Below are positions 38,293 to 47,995 of a DNA stretch of 64,000 nucleotides, in pieces. The stretch comes from Candidatus Woesebacteria bacterium UBA5941. GTDB lineage: Bacteria > Patescibacteriota > Microgenomatia > UBA8517. A model generated the notes under the pieces. It worked only from the letters and a program-made list of their open reading frames with translations. It had not been told where the DNA came from and searched no databases. Each line of letters opens with the position of its first letter. The stretch's first letter is position 1. The DNA lies in assembly GCA_002430735.1 (NCBI GenBank), contig DJCV01000011.1, forward strand, positions 19,612-83,611, in the 5' to 3' direction. Position numbers and translations under genes: made by a program.

Positions 38293-38640
38293 ATGTTACT
38301 GCGTGAAGCAATTCAGCCGGAAGTGTTGGTGCAAAAGCTGGTAGTTGCAAGCAAGAGCCAACCGCAGCCAGGGCCGACGGAAGGTGACGTTGTCGTCCGA
38401 GCCGGAAATATAACAGTCGAAGCTGGTAACGCTATTCGATTCTGTTTCATGACCCCTGTGACTGTAGTGTCAGGGCAGTTGCCGGCGAAAATTCCAAACG
38501 ACGTGGAATTCGCTGAAAACGTGAAGTGGAATGGCCAGCTCTACGACGCTCAAGAGCTGGACATCGGCATTCACTATAACGGCACGACCAAGATCACCAG
38601 CATCAGCCCGGCCAAGAAGCGCGAAGCAGTCCCGGCTTAA
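38293..38640 (+). CDS. Orphan beta-rich protein, GC-richer than its neighbours
   Basis: Strong SD, own promoter and terminator; about 50% GC in a sampled line. Confidence 0.7.
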   Translation: MLLREAIQPEVLVQKLVVASKSQPQPGPTEGDVVVRAGNITVEAGNAIRFCFMTPVTVVSGQLPAKIPNDVEFAENVKWNGQLYDAQELDIGIHYNGTTKITSISPAKKREAVPA

Positions 38641-38657
38641 CATCCTCCTCATCGTGG

Positions 38658-38694
38658 GGTGGTCATCAAATTATTGATGGCCACCATTTTTTTT
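38658..38694 (+). terminator. Intrinsic terminator
   Basis: GGTGGTCATCAA-4-TTGATGGCCACC followed by T8. Confidence 0.8.
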
Positions 38695-38696
38695 GC

Positions 38697-39410
38697 TTAA
38701 GAAAGAAGCATGAGAGTGGCCATGCCCACCATCGAAAGATCTTCAAATAGTGCGACTTTAGACATAGGGAGTTTAAAAAACCCTCCCAAACATGCACATT
38801 CTATTTGTCGTTTCCCCATCAATGCTTTGATAACACCAATACTTCCAATTCCCATCACAACGATTGTCACAACACTCAAAAGATCCATCGAGTAGCGAAG
38901 GAGAAATCCTATGCCTAGGAACAGTTCTATAAACGGATATATGGTTCCGTATCCTGGAATCCATTGCGCAAGCAGATCGTACTTTTTAAACGCAGCTGGG
39001 AAATTTTTAATATTGGCAATTTTAAATGCTGAAAAAATAATAAAGAATGCTCCCATGAAGTCTGCCATTAACTCTTCACTCATCCACATACTATTCACTG
39101 CTGCTCGAATTATCATAAAGAGAATAACAACTCCATAAATAAGAAGTACTGGCGTATAAACGCTGTAATCGTGACCATGCGCGACTTGTACGACTGGACT
39201 GGTCACCAAAGTATAATGAGTCCCCTTCTCATGCAGCACGTTATTTAACATATCCATCGCAAGTGGTTTTTTTGAAGTCACCACTACTTCGTTTTTTTGA
39301 TAGGATGCACGAACCTTTATCACACCAGGGACTTTTTCAAAGGCGTCTTCAATGGTTAATGCACAGTTTGCACAATGCATTCCTTGGACGTAGTATTTTT
39401 GGGTTATCAT
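38697..39410 (-). CDS. Heavy-metal-associated (HMA) domain plus MauE/DoxX membrane protein
   Basis: GMHCANC; YDLLA..YP.IE, CACLG. Confidence 0.88.
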   Translation of the reverse strand: MITQKYYVQGMHCANCALTIEDAFEKVPGVIKVRASYQKNEVVVTSKKPLAMDMLNNVLHEKGTHYTLVTSPVVQVAHGHDYSVYTPVLLIYGVVILFMIIRAAVNSMWMSEELMADFMGAFFIIFSAFKIANIKNFPAAFKKYDLLAQWIPGYGTIYPFIELFLGIGFLLRYSMDLLSVVTIVVMGIGSIGVIKALMGKRQIECACLGGFFKLPMSKVALFEDLSMVGMATLMLLS

Positions 39411-39428
39411 AGGTACAATGACACTGTT

Positions 39429-40415
39429 ATGTTACCATTTTCGTCAATATCAGTAGCATTCATAACAGGACTGACGAGCGGCGGATTTTCATGCGCTGCA
39501 ATTCAAGGTGGATTACTTTCTTCTTCACTCTCTAAAATACCTCAAAAAGGATTAGGACTTGCCGCCTTTTTAGGATCGAAACTTATTGCGTACGTTGTAC
39601 TCGGAGCTATCCTCGGTGCGCTCGGTGGAACACTTCAAATTAGTTTACAAACACAAGCATTCCTTCAAATTGGTGCAGGTCTTTATATGCTCGCGAGTGC
39701 CGCTAATTTACTGGAGCTCCATCCTATTTTTCGATACACAGTAATTACACCACCACGATTTATATATCGCTTTATTAAATCGACTACCAAAACAGAATCC
39801 GTATTCACACCAGCACTCCTCGGCGCGTTTACCGTATTTCTCCCTTGTGGAGTAACACAGGGAATGATGATTTTAGCGCTCTCTTCAGGAAGTGCATTAA
39901 GTGGGGCTGGAATACTTGGCGCGTTCATTATTGGGACAATGCCTCAATTTATTGCGCTCGGAATCGCTTTTGGAACAATGATGTCAAACACGATCTTCAA
40001 AACTGCAGCATCGCTCGCTGTTGTATACGTCGGGCTTGTTGCGATTAACACGGGGCAAATATTGAGAGGCTCACCTCATACATTTCAAAATTATGTATAC
40101 GTTATCCGACAATCCGAACCCACCGGCCAATTGGCAGAAGTTCTCAACGGGGTACAGGAGGTAAAAGCTGAAGTCTCAACGCACGGATATAAAATGTCAT
40201 CAAATGTCTTAAAAGCAGGAGTTCCAGTACAACTCAGGCTTGTATCAGAAAAAGCCGAAGGATGCGCACGAGCGTTTTCAATCCCTTCACTTGGCATTTC
40301 AATGCTTCTCCCTGAAACCGGCGAGAAGACCATTACATTTACCCCATCTAAAAAAGGTCTTCTCACATACTCATGTAACATGGGTATGTATACCGGATCA
40401 TTCCAGGTTATTTAG
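39429..40415 (+). CDS. DsbD_2/TauE-like membrane protein with C-terminal cupredoxin-like domain
   Basis: GGFSCAAIQGG, FLPCG, GT.P; C-terminal GCA...YSCNMGMYTG; likely start 39429 after TACAAT. Confidence 0.85.
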   Translation: MLPFSSISVAFITGLTSGGFSCAAIQGGLLSSSLSKIPQKGLGLAAFLGSKLIAYVVLGAILGALGGTLQISLQTQAFLQIGAGLYMLASAANLLELHPIFRYTVITPPRFIYRFIKSTTKTESVFTPALLGAFTVFLPCGVTQGMMILALSSGSALSGAGILGAFIIGTMPQFIALGIAFGTMMSNTIFKTAASLAVVYVGLVAINTGQILRGSPHTFQNYVYVIRQSEPTGQLAEVLNGVQEVKAEVSTHGYKMSSNVLKAGVPVQLRLVSEKAEGCARAFSIPSLGISMLLPETGEKTITFTPSKKGLLTYSCNMGMYTGSFQVI

Positions 40416-40630
40416 TTTCCGCTTCCTTGGTCCGTTGAAACGTTCACATCTATCTTGTCAGGAACAGTAATTTGAGTTTGATTTGGTGTCGTTGCACGTC
40501 TCAACACTGGCAGCCCAAAATAGATTGCAAAAACGATAAGAGCAATAAACACGCCGAGATACACAAGCGGCATTAAACTATTTGATTGATCGTTTGTTGG
40601 AGCTGGGTTATTAACAATAGTAGCCATCAA
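40412..40630 (-). CDS. Small single-TM protein
   Basis: Strong SD AGGAGGTGA; TM; VPDKIDVNV. Confidence 0.7.
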   Translation of the reverse strand: MMATIVNNPAPTNDQSNSLMPLVYLGVFIALIVFAIYFGLPVLRRATTPNQTQITVPDKIDVNVSTDQGSGN

Positions 40631-40730
40631 TCACCTCCTTAATATAACTAGTATGGATTACTCTTGTATGAACTCCGTTGAATAATAATGTGAAGTGTGT
40701 AAGAAATCCTCAAAGAATTCTCCGTTGTTC

Positions 40731-42371
40731 TTAAGGTTGGTATGTAATGATTAATTTTGGAGCGTTAGCTGGAGACCCATCGTATGAGGCAGAGAACTTT
40801 CTTCCCCATGCACCTCCAGTGCCTTTCATGATCACAGACAAGCTATTTCCTGAATTCCAATCGCTGCGGTTCACAACTTCTTGAATAACTGGCGCCATTT
40901 GATTCAATGTGTACCAAGTGTTTGCTGTCCAAGAAACATTTGAAGAATGTGCTACTTTTGCTGTAGTTAATGTTCGGGTTGAGAGTTTGGCCGTTGAACT
41001 AAATACAGCACTGTTTCCAACTTTCTCAGCTGCAATGCTCATGGCCATTGACTGCCATGCAGTTTGACTCGCGAGTACTTGTACTTGAGCTGACAAAATA
41101 GTTGCGTTTCGTGGAATATTAACCCCCGTAAATCGATATCCAGTGTAGCTTGATGTAGTGCTACTTCCATTCCCAGTCCACAAAGTAGGCGCTGTCAAGT
41201 TCATACTCGTTCCATCTTGATTTGCATCGTTGGCTGATGAGGCAACTTGCAAGGTCACGGTTGTTTGCACTGGAGTTGGTGTTGGAGTAGGCGTTGGGGT
41301 TGGGGTGGGTGTAGGCGTAGGTGTGGCTGTAGATGTTGGAGTCGCCGTTCCTGTTGGTGTTGGAGTAGGTGTCTCAGTCGGGGTTGCAGTAGGTGTAGGT
41401 GTTGGAGTAGGTGTAGCTACACTAATTCCAGCGTTCACGAGAATTTCGCTATCTGTAAATAGTGGAATTGAAAGTCCAAGTGCCACGTTAATTCTCTCAA
41501 TTACAGCGTTTGCAAATAAGCCTTCTATTACAGTCCCTCCGTGAATATTGTCAGCCAATGTGACGTGATGAGGCTCGTCACCGTTTGAAAGTAAAGTGAT
41601 TGCTTCTCCTCCAACAATAAGATTACCAAATGCATCGACTCGACTTAGCGTTGCAGTCGCAAATGCCTGTTGGTCAAAAATAACAACTCGAGGCCTGGTC
41701 GTTGCAAGAGAGAGAATACCATTATTTGTCTCATTGACAGCATCGGTAACTTTCTGTCGCTTTACTGGATCAGGAAACTGAGATTGCCAATACAAACTCT
41801 GACCAGGATCTGCGATGGTTCCTAATACTACTTTTGTGGTTGTATCTGCAGCGAGCACCGTATCTAGAGCTGTGGTGACATTTGAAAGGTACGTATTTAT
41901 TTTATTAGTCAGGGCCTGTCCCGCTATAGTACCGTTATAAATATCTGCACCATCACGGTAATACGCAAAGTCATTATTTCCAATTTGGAAATATACAACG
42001 TCGATTAAACCTGATTGGATTTGATTTGCAATCCCTGTGTGTTGTCCTGCGATCACAACATCATCTGCTTCTGCTCCACTTCGTGCCCAATTATATTCAA
42101 ACCCACTTCGACGAGGTTCTGGCCGTGTTCCCCAACTTCCGAGATTAAATCCTCGATATTCTTCTAATAATTCAGTCCATGCAAGTGTTGTTGCGGCATA
42201 CGGAGTGTTTGCTGCTCGGTTATCATTTGATCGATATTCGTCAGAACTACTATCACTCATGACCGCAAGTCGAACAGTAACGGTTTGCGCATCGGAAGTT
42301 ATTGGAGAGGCGAGAAGGAAGACGGTTATCGCAACCAGGCTTATACCAAAGATGTGGAACAGGTACTTCAT
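40731..42371 (-). CDS. Secreted SGNH/GDSL hydrolase with PT linker and C-terminal beta-sandwich domain
   Basis: Block I SDSS, ARSGA, IGNND, DNIH; (PT)n linker at about 41270-41420. Confidence 0.8.
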   Translation of the reverse strand: MKYLFHIFGISLVAITVFLLASPITSDAQTVTVRLAVMSDSSSDEYRSNDNRAANTPYAATTLAWTELLEEYRGFNLGSWGTRPEPRRSGFEYNWARSGAEADDVVIAGQHTGIANQIQSGLIDVVYFQIGNNDFAYYRDGADIYNGTIAGQALTNKINTYLSNVTTALDTVLAADTTTKVVLGTIADPGQSLYWQSQFPDPVKRQKVTDAVNETNNGILSLATTRPRVVIFDQQAFATATLSRVDAFGNLIVGGEAITLLSNGDEPHHVTLADNIHGGTVIEGLFANAVIERINVALGLSIPLFTDSEILVNAGISVATPTPTPTPTATPTETPTPTPTGTATPTSTATPTPTPTPTPTPTPTPTPVQTTVTLQVASSANDANQDGTSMNLTAPTLWTGNGSSTTSSYTGYRFTGVNIPRNATILSAQVQVLASQTAWQSMAMSIAAEKVGNSAVFSSTAKLSTRTLTTAKVAHSSNVSWTANTWYTLNQMAPVIQEVVNRSDWNSGNSLSVIMKGTGGAWGRKFSASYDGSPANAPKLIITYQP

Positions 42372-42464
42372 TTAATCAAACTTAGTTAGCGTAGCTCTGA
42401 TATTTTTATTTGTCAAGCAATTTACAGGAGCCACACAGACGTTTCTCGCGAAAAATCACTGATT

Positions 42465-43760
42465 TTAGGATTTCTCAGACACTTTCTCTATTTTCTCCTT
42501 GCCCATCCACTTTTGAAGCACCGCAGGGATCAGAATTGAGCCATCTTTCTGCTGATAATTTTCGATAATGGCAATCACCGTTCGTCCGATAGCAAAAACA
42601 GTTGCGTCGTTCATATGCACAAATTGGTTTTCATTGGAGGTACGTCTCACCCGGGTGTTCAATCGTCGACTTTGGTAATCAGTATTGTAGTCACTCGTAT
42701 GAGTTTCTCTGTATTTGCCTTGAGATGGGATCCATGTTTCTATGTCAAACTGCCGATAATCAGGTCCGCCCATATCGCCGGTACAAATTGAAACTACTTG
42801 ATAGGGAAGTTCAAGCTGTTTCATCAAATACTCTTGTATTGCGACTATAAAGCGTTGCTCATCCTCACCCTGTTCAGGAAGAGTAAAGCTTTCAATTTCA
42901 ATTTTATTAAACTGATGAACACGTAAAATGCCTCTGGTATCTTTTCCATAAGAACCCGCTTCCCGTCTAAAGCTTGTCGAATAACCAACATATCGAATTG
43001 GAAATAATTTTTCAGCTAGTACCTCATCCAAATGAAGTGGACCAAGCGTATGTTCTGCGCTCCCTACTAAGTAAGCGTCATCGCTCTCAATGTAGTATCG
43101 CTCCTCAGTAGGACGCATTCGAGACATGCGGTCAAAAATCTCAGGTTTAATCATGACAGGTGGAACAACGGGAATAAATGCTTTTGTGCTTATTGTAAGT
43201 TCATTCTCATCAGCAATTTTTTGCAGTATCTCGCTATTGGTTAAAACAGACATCGCAAATTGAAGTAACGCAAATTCAAGTAATGCACCATCACCTTTTA
43301 GGTAATTAAAACGAGCTCCACTCACTTTTGCTGCAGTTTCAACATCGATAATACCCAATGATTCTCCTAACGCAATATGATCCTTTGGGTAGAAATCAAA
43401 CTTAGCAGGCTTACCCCATGTTCTCACTACCACGTTTTCATTTTCATCCTTGCCTACTTTTACATCACTCGCAGCCAAGTTAGGAATAGCCCACAATGCC
43501 TCTTTCCATTCTTGCTCAACTTTTGTCAGTTCAGGTTCCTTAAGAGACAATTCTTCTTTCACCTTCTTACCCAAATCAATATCTTTGTTTTTTGCCGCTT
43601 CGTTTTTTTGCTTGCGTAACACCTCCACATCCTGAAGTACTGCTTTCCAGCGTGCATCGACCTCTAAAAAGGTATCAACTAAAGAAGACTCTTTTTGTTT
43701 GGCTGTAATTCCTGCTTTTACGAGATCGCTATTATCACGGATAAATTGAGGATCTAACAT
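42465..43760 (-). CDS. serS: Serine--tRNA ligase
   Basis: MLD..FIR, SGARF, FRREAGSYGKDTRGILRVHQF, DIETWIP, DYQSRRL. Confidence 0.98.
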   Translation of the reverse strand: MLDPQFIRDNSDLVKAGITAKQKESSLVDTFLEVDARWKAVLQDVEVLRKQKNEAAKNKDIDLGKKVKEELSLKEPELTKVEQEWKEALWAIPNLAASDVKVGKDENENVVVRTWGKPAKFDFYPKDHIALGESLGIIDVETAAKVSGARFNYLKGDGALLEFALLQFAMSVLTNSEILQKIADENELTISTKAFIPVVPPVMIKPEIFDRMSRMRPTEERYYIESDDAYLVGSAEHTLGPLHLDEVLAEKLFPIRYVGYSTSFRREAGSYGKDTRGILRVHQFNKIEIESFTLPEQGEDEQRFIVAIQEYLMKQLELPYQVVSICTGDMGGPDYRQFDIETWIPSQGKYRETHTSDYNTDYQSRRLNTRVRRTSNENQFVHMNDATVFAIGRTVIAIIENYQQKDGSILIPAVLQKWMGKEKIEKVSEKS

Positions 43761-43772
43761 GAGCCGAGTATA

Positions 43773-44345
43773 TTACAATCCAAGCTCCGGGGCAATTTGC
43801 TGCATAGCAGTTAATGCGATTTCAATAAACTCGCGGAGCTCAATTCCGAGTTTTTCTTCACACATTTCTATTTGTTTGCGATCAACACCACCAGCAAAAC
43901 TCTTTTGTTTCCACTTTGAGAGCACGGACTCAACTGAGACTGAGGAGAGCTTTTTGTCAGGTTTTACTAGAGCCACTGCAACAATTAATCCTGTTAATTC
44001 ATCACAACAATACAGAGCCCATTCAATTTGATTTTTTGGCTCAGGATTTCCGGGAACGTATCCCCAACCATGAGCAAGAATCGCATCGTGAATATCGGCT
44101 TCAATCGAAAATTCCTTCAACCAATCCAAAACCATGTGCGTATGCTGACCGGGATCGTTTTTTGTAATTTCGTAATCAGCATCGTGTAACATTCCTGCGA
44201 TCTCCCATTGTTCTTTTTGATCTGCATGGCCAAGTCGAACTGAGAGTGCACCCATTACAATAGAGACAGCATAACAATGCCGACGCAGATTGACGGATTG
44301 CATTTTTGAATGAAGAAACTCACGGGAACTATCAAGCGTTAGCAT
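43773..44345 (-). CDS. HD/HDIG domain phosphohydrolase
   Basis: LRRHC, GMLHDADY, AILAH, DELTGLI, KSFA.GVDR. Confidence 0.88.
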   Translation of the reverse strand: MLTLDSSREFLHSKMQSVNLRRHCYAVSIVMGALSVRLGHADQKEQWEIAGMLHDADYEITKNDPGQHTHMVLDWLKEFSIEADIHDAILAHGWGYVPGNPEPKNQIEWALYCCDELTGLIVAVALVKPDKKLSSVSVESVLSKWKQKSFAGGVDRKQIEMCEEKLGIELREFIEIALTAMQQIAPELGL

Positions 44346-44378
44346 GAACTGAGTATAACACGAGGGGAAGCAGGGGTT

Positions 44379-44852
44379 TTATGAGATATCAAGGACAGTG
44401 TATGTCACTTTTCCAGCAGGTGCTTCTACTTCAACAACTTCACCGACCTTTTTGTCGATTAATGCTTGTCCTAAAGGAGACTCGTGTGAGATTTTCTTGT
44501 TAATAGGATCTGCTTCCCATTCTCCAACGATTTTATAATCACTTTTCTTCCCATTTACTTCAACTGTAACGGTTGTACCCAAAGAAACACTTGAAGTGCT
44601 TTTTGGAGCATCAGAGACAATTACTGCATTCTCCACAACGATCTTCAGTTCTTCAATTCGTCCATCAAGGAATTCAAGTTCGTCTCGAGCACTGGTGTAA
44701 TCAGAGTTCTCAGAAAGATCTCCTTCTCCACGAGCACGCTCAAGCCGGGCCACGAGTTGTGGTCGCTTAACGTTTACGAGTTCCTCATATTCAGATTTCA
44801 ACTGATCAAAACCTGACTGAGTTAATTGAATTTGTTTCATTGGTTCGTCCAT
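44379..44852 (-). CDS. greA: Transcription elongation factor GreA
   Basis: GDLSENSDY, ISHESPLGQAL, VEAPAG; start set at ATG 44852 (or 44840). Confidence 0.95.
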   Translation of the reverse strand: MDEPMKQIQLTQSGFDQLKSEYEELVNVKRPQLVARLERARGEGDLSENSDYTSARDELEFLDGRIEELKIVVENAVIVSDAPKSTSSVSLGTTVTVEVNGKKSDYKIVGEWEADPINKKISHESPLGQALIDKKVGEVVEVEAPAGKVTYTVLDIS

Positions 44853-44876
44853 ATGTATTGTGTAATTTCTCTTCAA

Positions 44877-45003
44877 TGTTAGCTCAAACAAACCCTCCCA
44901 AGATTGTTTATATCGTGGTGAAAACTTATCTGAAGTTTATTTGACTTCTATCAAAAAAATGTTTGTTCGATAAGCTTTCATAAGCGGGGAACTTGAACTA
45001 ACA
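44877..45003 (-). ncRNA. Structured greA 5' leader or small RNA (rod-like hairpin)
   Basis: Nested inverted repeats 44877-88/44992-45003 and 44919-30/44969-80 with G-U pairs on the minus strand; starts at the predicted TSS. Confidence 0.55.
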
Positions 45004-45009
45004 GATGGT

Positions 45010-45038
45010 AGTATATGGTTTAACACACCTATTGTCAA
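45010..45038 (-). promoter_or_regulatory. Near-consensus sigma70 promoter for the leader RNA and greA
   Basis: TTGACA(45033-38)-17-TATACT(45010-15). Confidence 0.8.
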
Positions 45039-45203
45039 GCTCTTTCATTAATAAAAGCTGCTCAAACAGCCGTGATTAACACTCACACACTCTATCGAAT
45101 CTCGACCATAAATACAAGATAAAGATCTGTCAATTCACGGTAACCTTTCGACTGTAGTTCCCGGTGTGATCTCAACATCGAACTCATTTTCGAGGGCATA
45201 ATT

Positions 45204-45494
45204 ATGCTGTTGTTCAGTTGCAAACAAATCATTTTACAAAAAAATAATAAGGTTAACTGGGGAGAAACAACGCAGTATGGAAATCATGCGTTTGCTGAAG
45301 ACTTTACCAAAGAGCATACCGTGAAATTAGAAGGATTAACTCCAGGTATTGCGTATAAATTTGAAGTGATGAGTCAGAATAGAAATTATGTATATGATTC
45401 ATTTCACGAATTTATTACAAAACCTGAGCAACACTTTATGTTTGATATAATTGCAGCATGTCTGAAATTAGTAAGTGTCATACTTACTGAATAA
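45204..45494 (+). pseudogene. Isolated FN3/purple-acid-phosphatase-N-like domain fragment
   Basis: VNWGETTQYG...HTVKLEGLTPGIAYKFEV; no signal peptide or partner domain, ragged ends. Confidence 0.45.
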
Positions 45495-45504
45495 GTAAAC
45501 GTAT

Positions 45505-46080
45505 ATGGATACGGAAATACCAGAAATAACGCACCACCTTCCTACACCCCAAGAGAAATTAGAAAAAACTGCACAACGCTTAGCAAACGCAGATTTAAAG
45601 CAGGAAGTTATCAATGACGCACTGGTGATTGCAAAAGACCCTTTAACCGTACCAGTTACTGAAATTGACCAGATAGTTAGTTTTGTTCGTTCAATTGAAG
45701 ACGAGGACTTAAGAGGGAAATGCTCAGAAAGAACTGCAGAGTCTGTGTTTGCTGGGCTTGCCCACTACGGATGGGAGAGACAAGATTCGGATGACAACTC
45801 TGGGATTATCCCCACCGGACTCCATATTATTTCAGGGAAGGAGTTACCAAACGGTAAGCTGTTGGCTTTTGACACTATCGCCCGTGGGATTATTTTTCAA
45901 GAAGATGACAAACCAAGTCAGAAGCCACTTGCGCAAACAATCGTATTCATGGGAAATTCCGAAGATGAAATGAAAAGCACCCTCTATGCATTCTACGGTG
46001 GCAACTTTGCAAAAGAAGAAATTGAAGACACACCAGCCGAACGGTTTGTAGCACAAAGGAAGCCCTCAAAGATGATCTAG
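45505..46080 (+). CDS. Orphan acidic hypothetical protein
   Basis: 191-aa ORF with normal composition and no recognised motif. Confidence 0.6.
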   Translation: MDTEIPEITHHLPTPQEKLEKTAQRLANADLKQEVINDALVIAKDPLTVPVTEIDQIVSFVRSIEDEDLRGKCSERTAESVFAGLAHYGWERQDSDDNSGIIPTGLHIISGKELPNGKLLAFDTIARGIIFQEDDKPSQKPLAQTIVFMGNSEDEMKSTLYAFYGGNFAKEEIEDTPAERFVAQRKPSKMI

Positions 46081-46120
46081 TAGCTCGTCTAGAAGTGTAT
46101 TTCTTGTTATCATTTAACAT

Positions 46121-46558
46121 ATGTCATCAGTCAGCACTTATCTTAACTTCGCTGGGAACACAGAAGAAGCTTTCCTCTTTTATAAATCCGTCTTTGGCAC
46201 TGAATTTGATGGCGGCATTATGCGCATGAGTGAAGCTCCTATTGAGGAAGGTAAAACACTATCAGAAAGTGAGAAGAATGCCGTTATGCATGTACAGCTT
46301 CCAATCCTTGGCGGACACGTGTTAATGGGTACTGATATAACAGCGTCAATGGGATTTGACGTTATTAAAGGGAATAACGTCTATATTAATCTCCAACCTG
46401 ATACGAAAGCAGAAACGGAACGTTTGTTTAAAGCCCTCTCAGCGGGTGGGACAATTGAAATGGAATTACAAGAAGCTTTTTGGGGAGACTACTATGGATC
46501 CTGTATTGATAAGTTCGGAACGCGCTGGATGGTTAACTGTTCTGAAAAGAAAAAGTGA
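46121..46558 (+). CDS. VOC family protein (PhnB-like)
   Basis: YLNFAGNTEEAFLFYKSVFG, MH, FWGDYYG..DKFG..W. Confidence 0.9.
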   Translation: MSSVSTYLNFAGNTEEAFLFYKSVFGTEFDGGIMRMSEAPIEEGKTLSESEKNAVMHVQLPILGGHVLMGTDITASMGFDVIKGNNVYINLQPDTKAETERLFKALSAGGTIEMELQEAFWGDYYGSCIDKFGTRWMVNCSEKKK

Positions 46559-47442
46559 TGCAAAAAATAGTTCCCCACTTTTGGTTTGATACAAAAGAAG
46601 ATATACACGAAGCAACCAGGTTATATACTTCCCTCTTTCCTAATTCTCAAATTACGAATGTCTTAACGATCACAGACACTCCTTCAGGTGACAGCGATAT
46701 CGTAACGTTCACTTTAGCGGGGCAAGATTTCATGGGTATTAGTGCTGGGCCATATTTTAAATTCAACCCCTCTATCTCGCTTTTTGTGGTATTTGATACT
46801 GAAGCTGAGATTGAAGCTGTGTGGAATAAGTTAGTTGAAGGAGGAGAGGTTTTAATGGAATACCAAACCTACCCATGGGCCCAGAAGTACGGATGGCTCA
46901 AGGATAAGTTTGGACTTTCATGGCAGCTTTCAATGAGTGATAACCACAAATTAAATCAGAAGATTACTCCAATGCTTATGTTCACCCAGGATAAAGCAGG
47001 GAAAGCAAAAGAGGCGATTGAACTGTACACGAGCATTTTTCCTAATTCAAAAGTTGAAATGATTGCCCCGTATGAAAAAGGAGATGGAGATACAGAAGGG
47101 TTTATCAAACACTCACGGTTCACGCTTTCTGGGCAACTGTTCATGGCAATGGATAGTAGTGGACCACATAAATTTGTTTTTACAGAAGCGATTTCATTAC
47201 TCGTTCACTGTGATACTCAAGAAGAGATTGATCACTATTGGGAAAAGCTCTCAGCAGTGCCTGAATCTGAACAATGCGGATGGCTCAAAGACAAATTTGG
47301 TGTATCGTGGCAAATTTCACCAACTGAAATGAATAACATGATGGAAAATGGAACCCCTGAACAGGTAGCACGAGTAACGCAAGCCTTCCTTAAAATGAAG
47401 AAATTTGATATCGCTGAACTTCAGAAAGCATACAAAGGATAA
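46555..47442 (+). CDS. Tandem VOC (3-demethylubiquinone-9 3-methyltransferase-like) protein
   Basis: Two repeats QKI.P..WF...GWLKDKFG.SWQ. Confidence 0.9.
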   Translation: MMQKIVPHFWFDTKEDIHEATRLYTSLFPNSQITNVLTITDTPSGDSDIVTFTLAGQDFMGISAGPYFKFNPSISLFVVFDTEAEIEAVWNKLVEGGEVLMEYQTYPWAQKYGWLKDKFGLSWQLSMSDNHKLNQKITPMLMFTQDKAGKAKEAIELYTSIFPNSKVEMIAPYEKGDGDTEGFIKHSRFTLSGQLFMAMDSSGPHKFVFTEAISLLVHCDTQEEIDHYWEKLSAVPESEQCGWLKDKFGVSWQISPTEMNNMMENGTPEQVARVTQAFLKMKKFDIAELQKAYKG

Positions 47443-47509
47443 TTAATTTATACTCCAAAAAACACATATAGCGCGTTAATTCACGTTCTTTAATGTATAA
47501 TTCTCGAAC

Positions 47510-47989
47510 ATGACAATAGATAAGAATCAGATGGAATATCGAAAAAAAGCTTCTGCAATTATTTTTGATTCCGAAAATCGACTACTTTTAGTACAGCTCC
47601 ATGATTACGATGAACATCAATGGAACGTCCCTGGTGGGGGAATAGAAGTTGGTGAAACCCCTCTAACTGCAATTCGTAGAGAAATGGAAGAAGAACTGGG
47701 AACAACACATTTCGAATTAGTCGAGCAATCTAAAATTATAGATCGATATGATTTTCCTGATCAGTTGATAGAAAGAATAATAAATGAGGGTAGAAATTAC
47801 AGAGGACAAGAGCAAATCCAGTTTATTTTTAAATTCACAGGGAAAGATTCTGAAATTAAGATACAAGAAGATGAAATTCGCAAGTACAAATGGGTACCCT
47901 TATCAAAATTAGAAGAACATTTAGTTTTTCCTAATCAGTTAGAAAACATTCTAAACGTAATAGAGAATTCCGCATTAAACATTAAGTAA
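47510..47989 (+). CDS. NUDIX hydrolase, RppH/Ap4A-hydrolase-like
   Basis: Nudix box GGGIEVGETPLTAIRREMEEELG; YRGQEQ. Confidence 0.88.
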   Translation: MTIDKNQMEYRKKASAIIFDSENRLLLVQLHDYDEHQWNVPGGGIEVGETPLTAIRREMEEELGTTHFELVEQSKIIDRYDFPDQLIERIINEGRNYRGQEQIQFIFKFTGKDSEIKIQEDEIRKYKWVPLSKLEEHLVFPNQLENILNVIENSALNIK

Positions 47990-47995
47990 CTTTTG

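Noticed and set aside
41270-41420. Short tandem repeats resembling an array
   Set aside because: They encode the Pro-Thr linker; no constant repeat with unique spacers, so not CRISPR
45040-45204. Possible attL/attR copy of the tRNA-Glu 3' end or prophage boundary
   Set aside because: No matching repeat and no integrase seen
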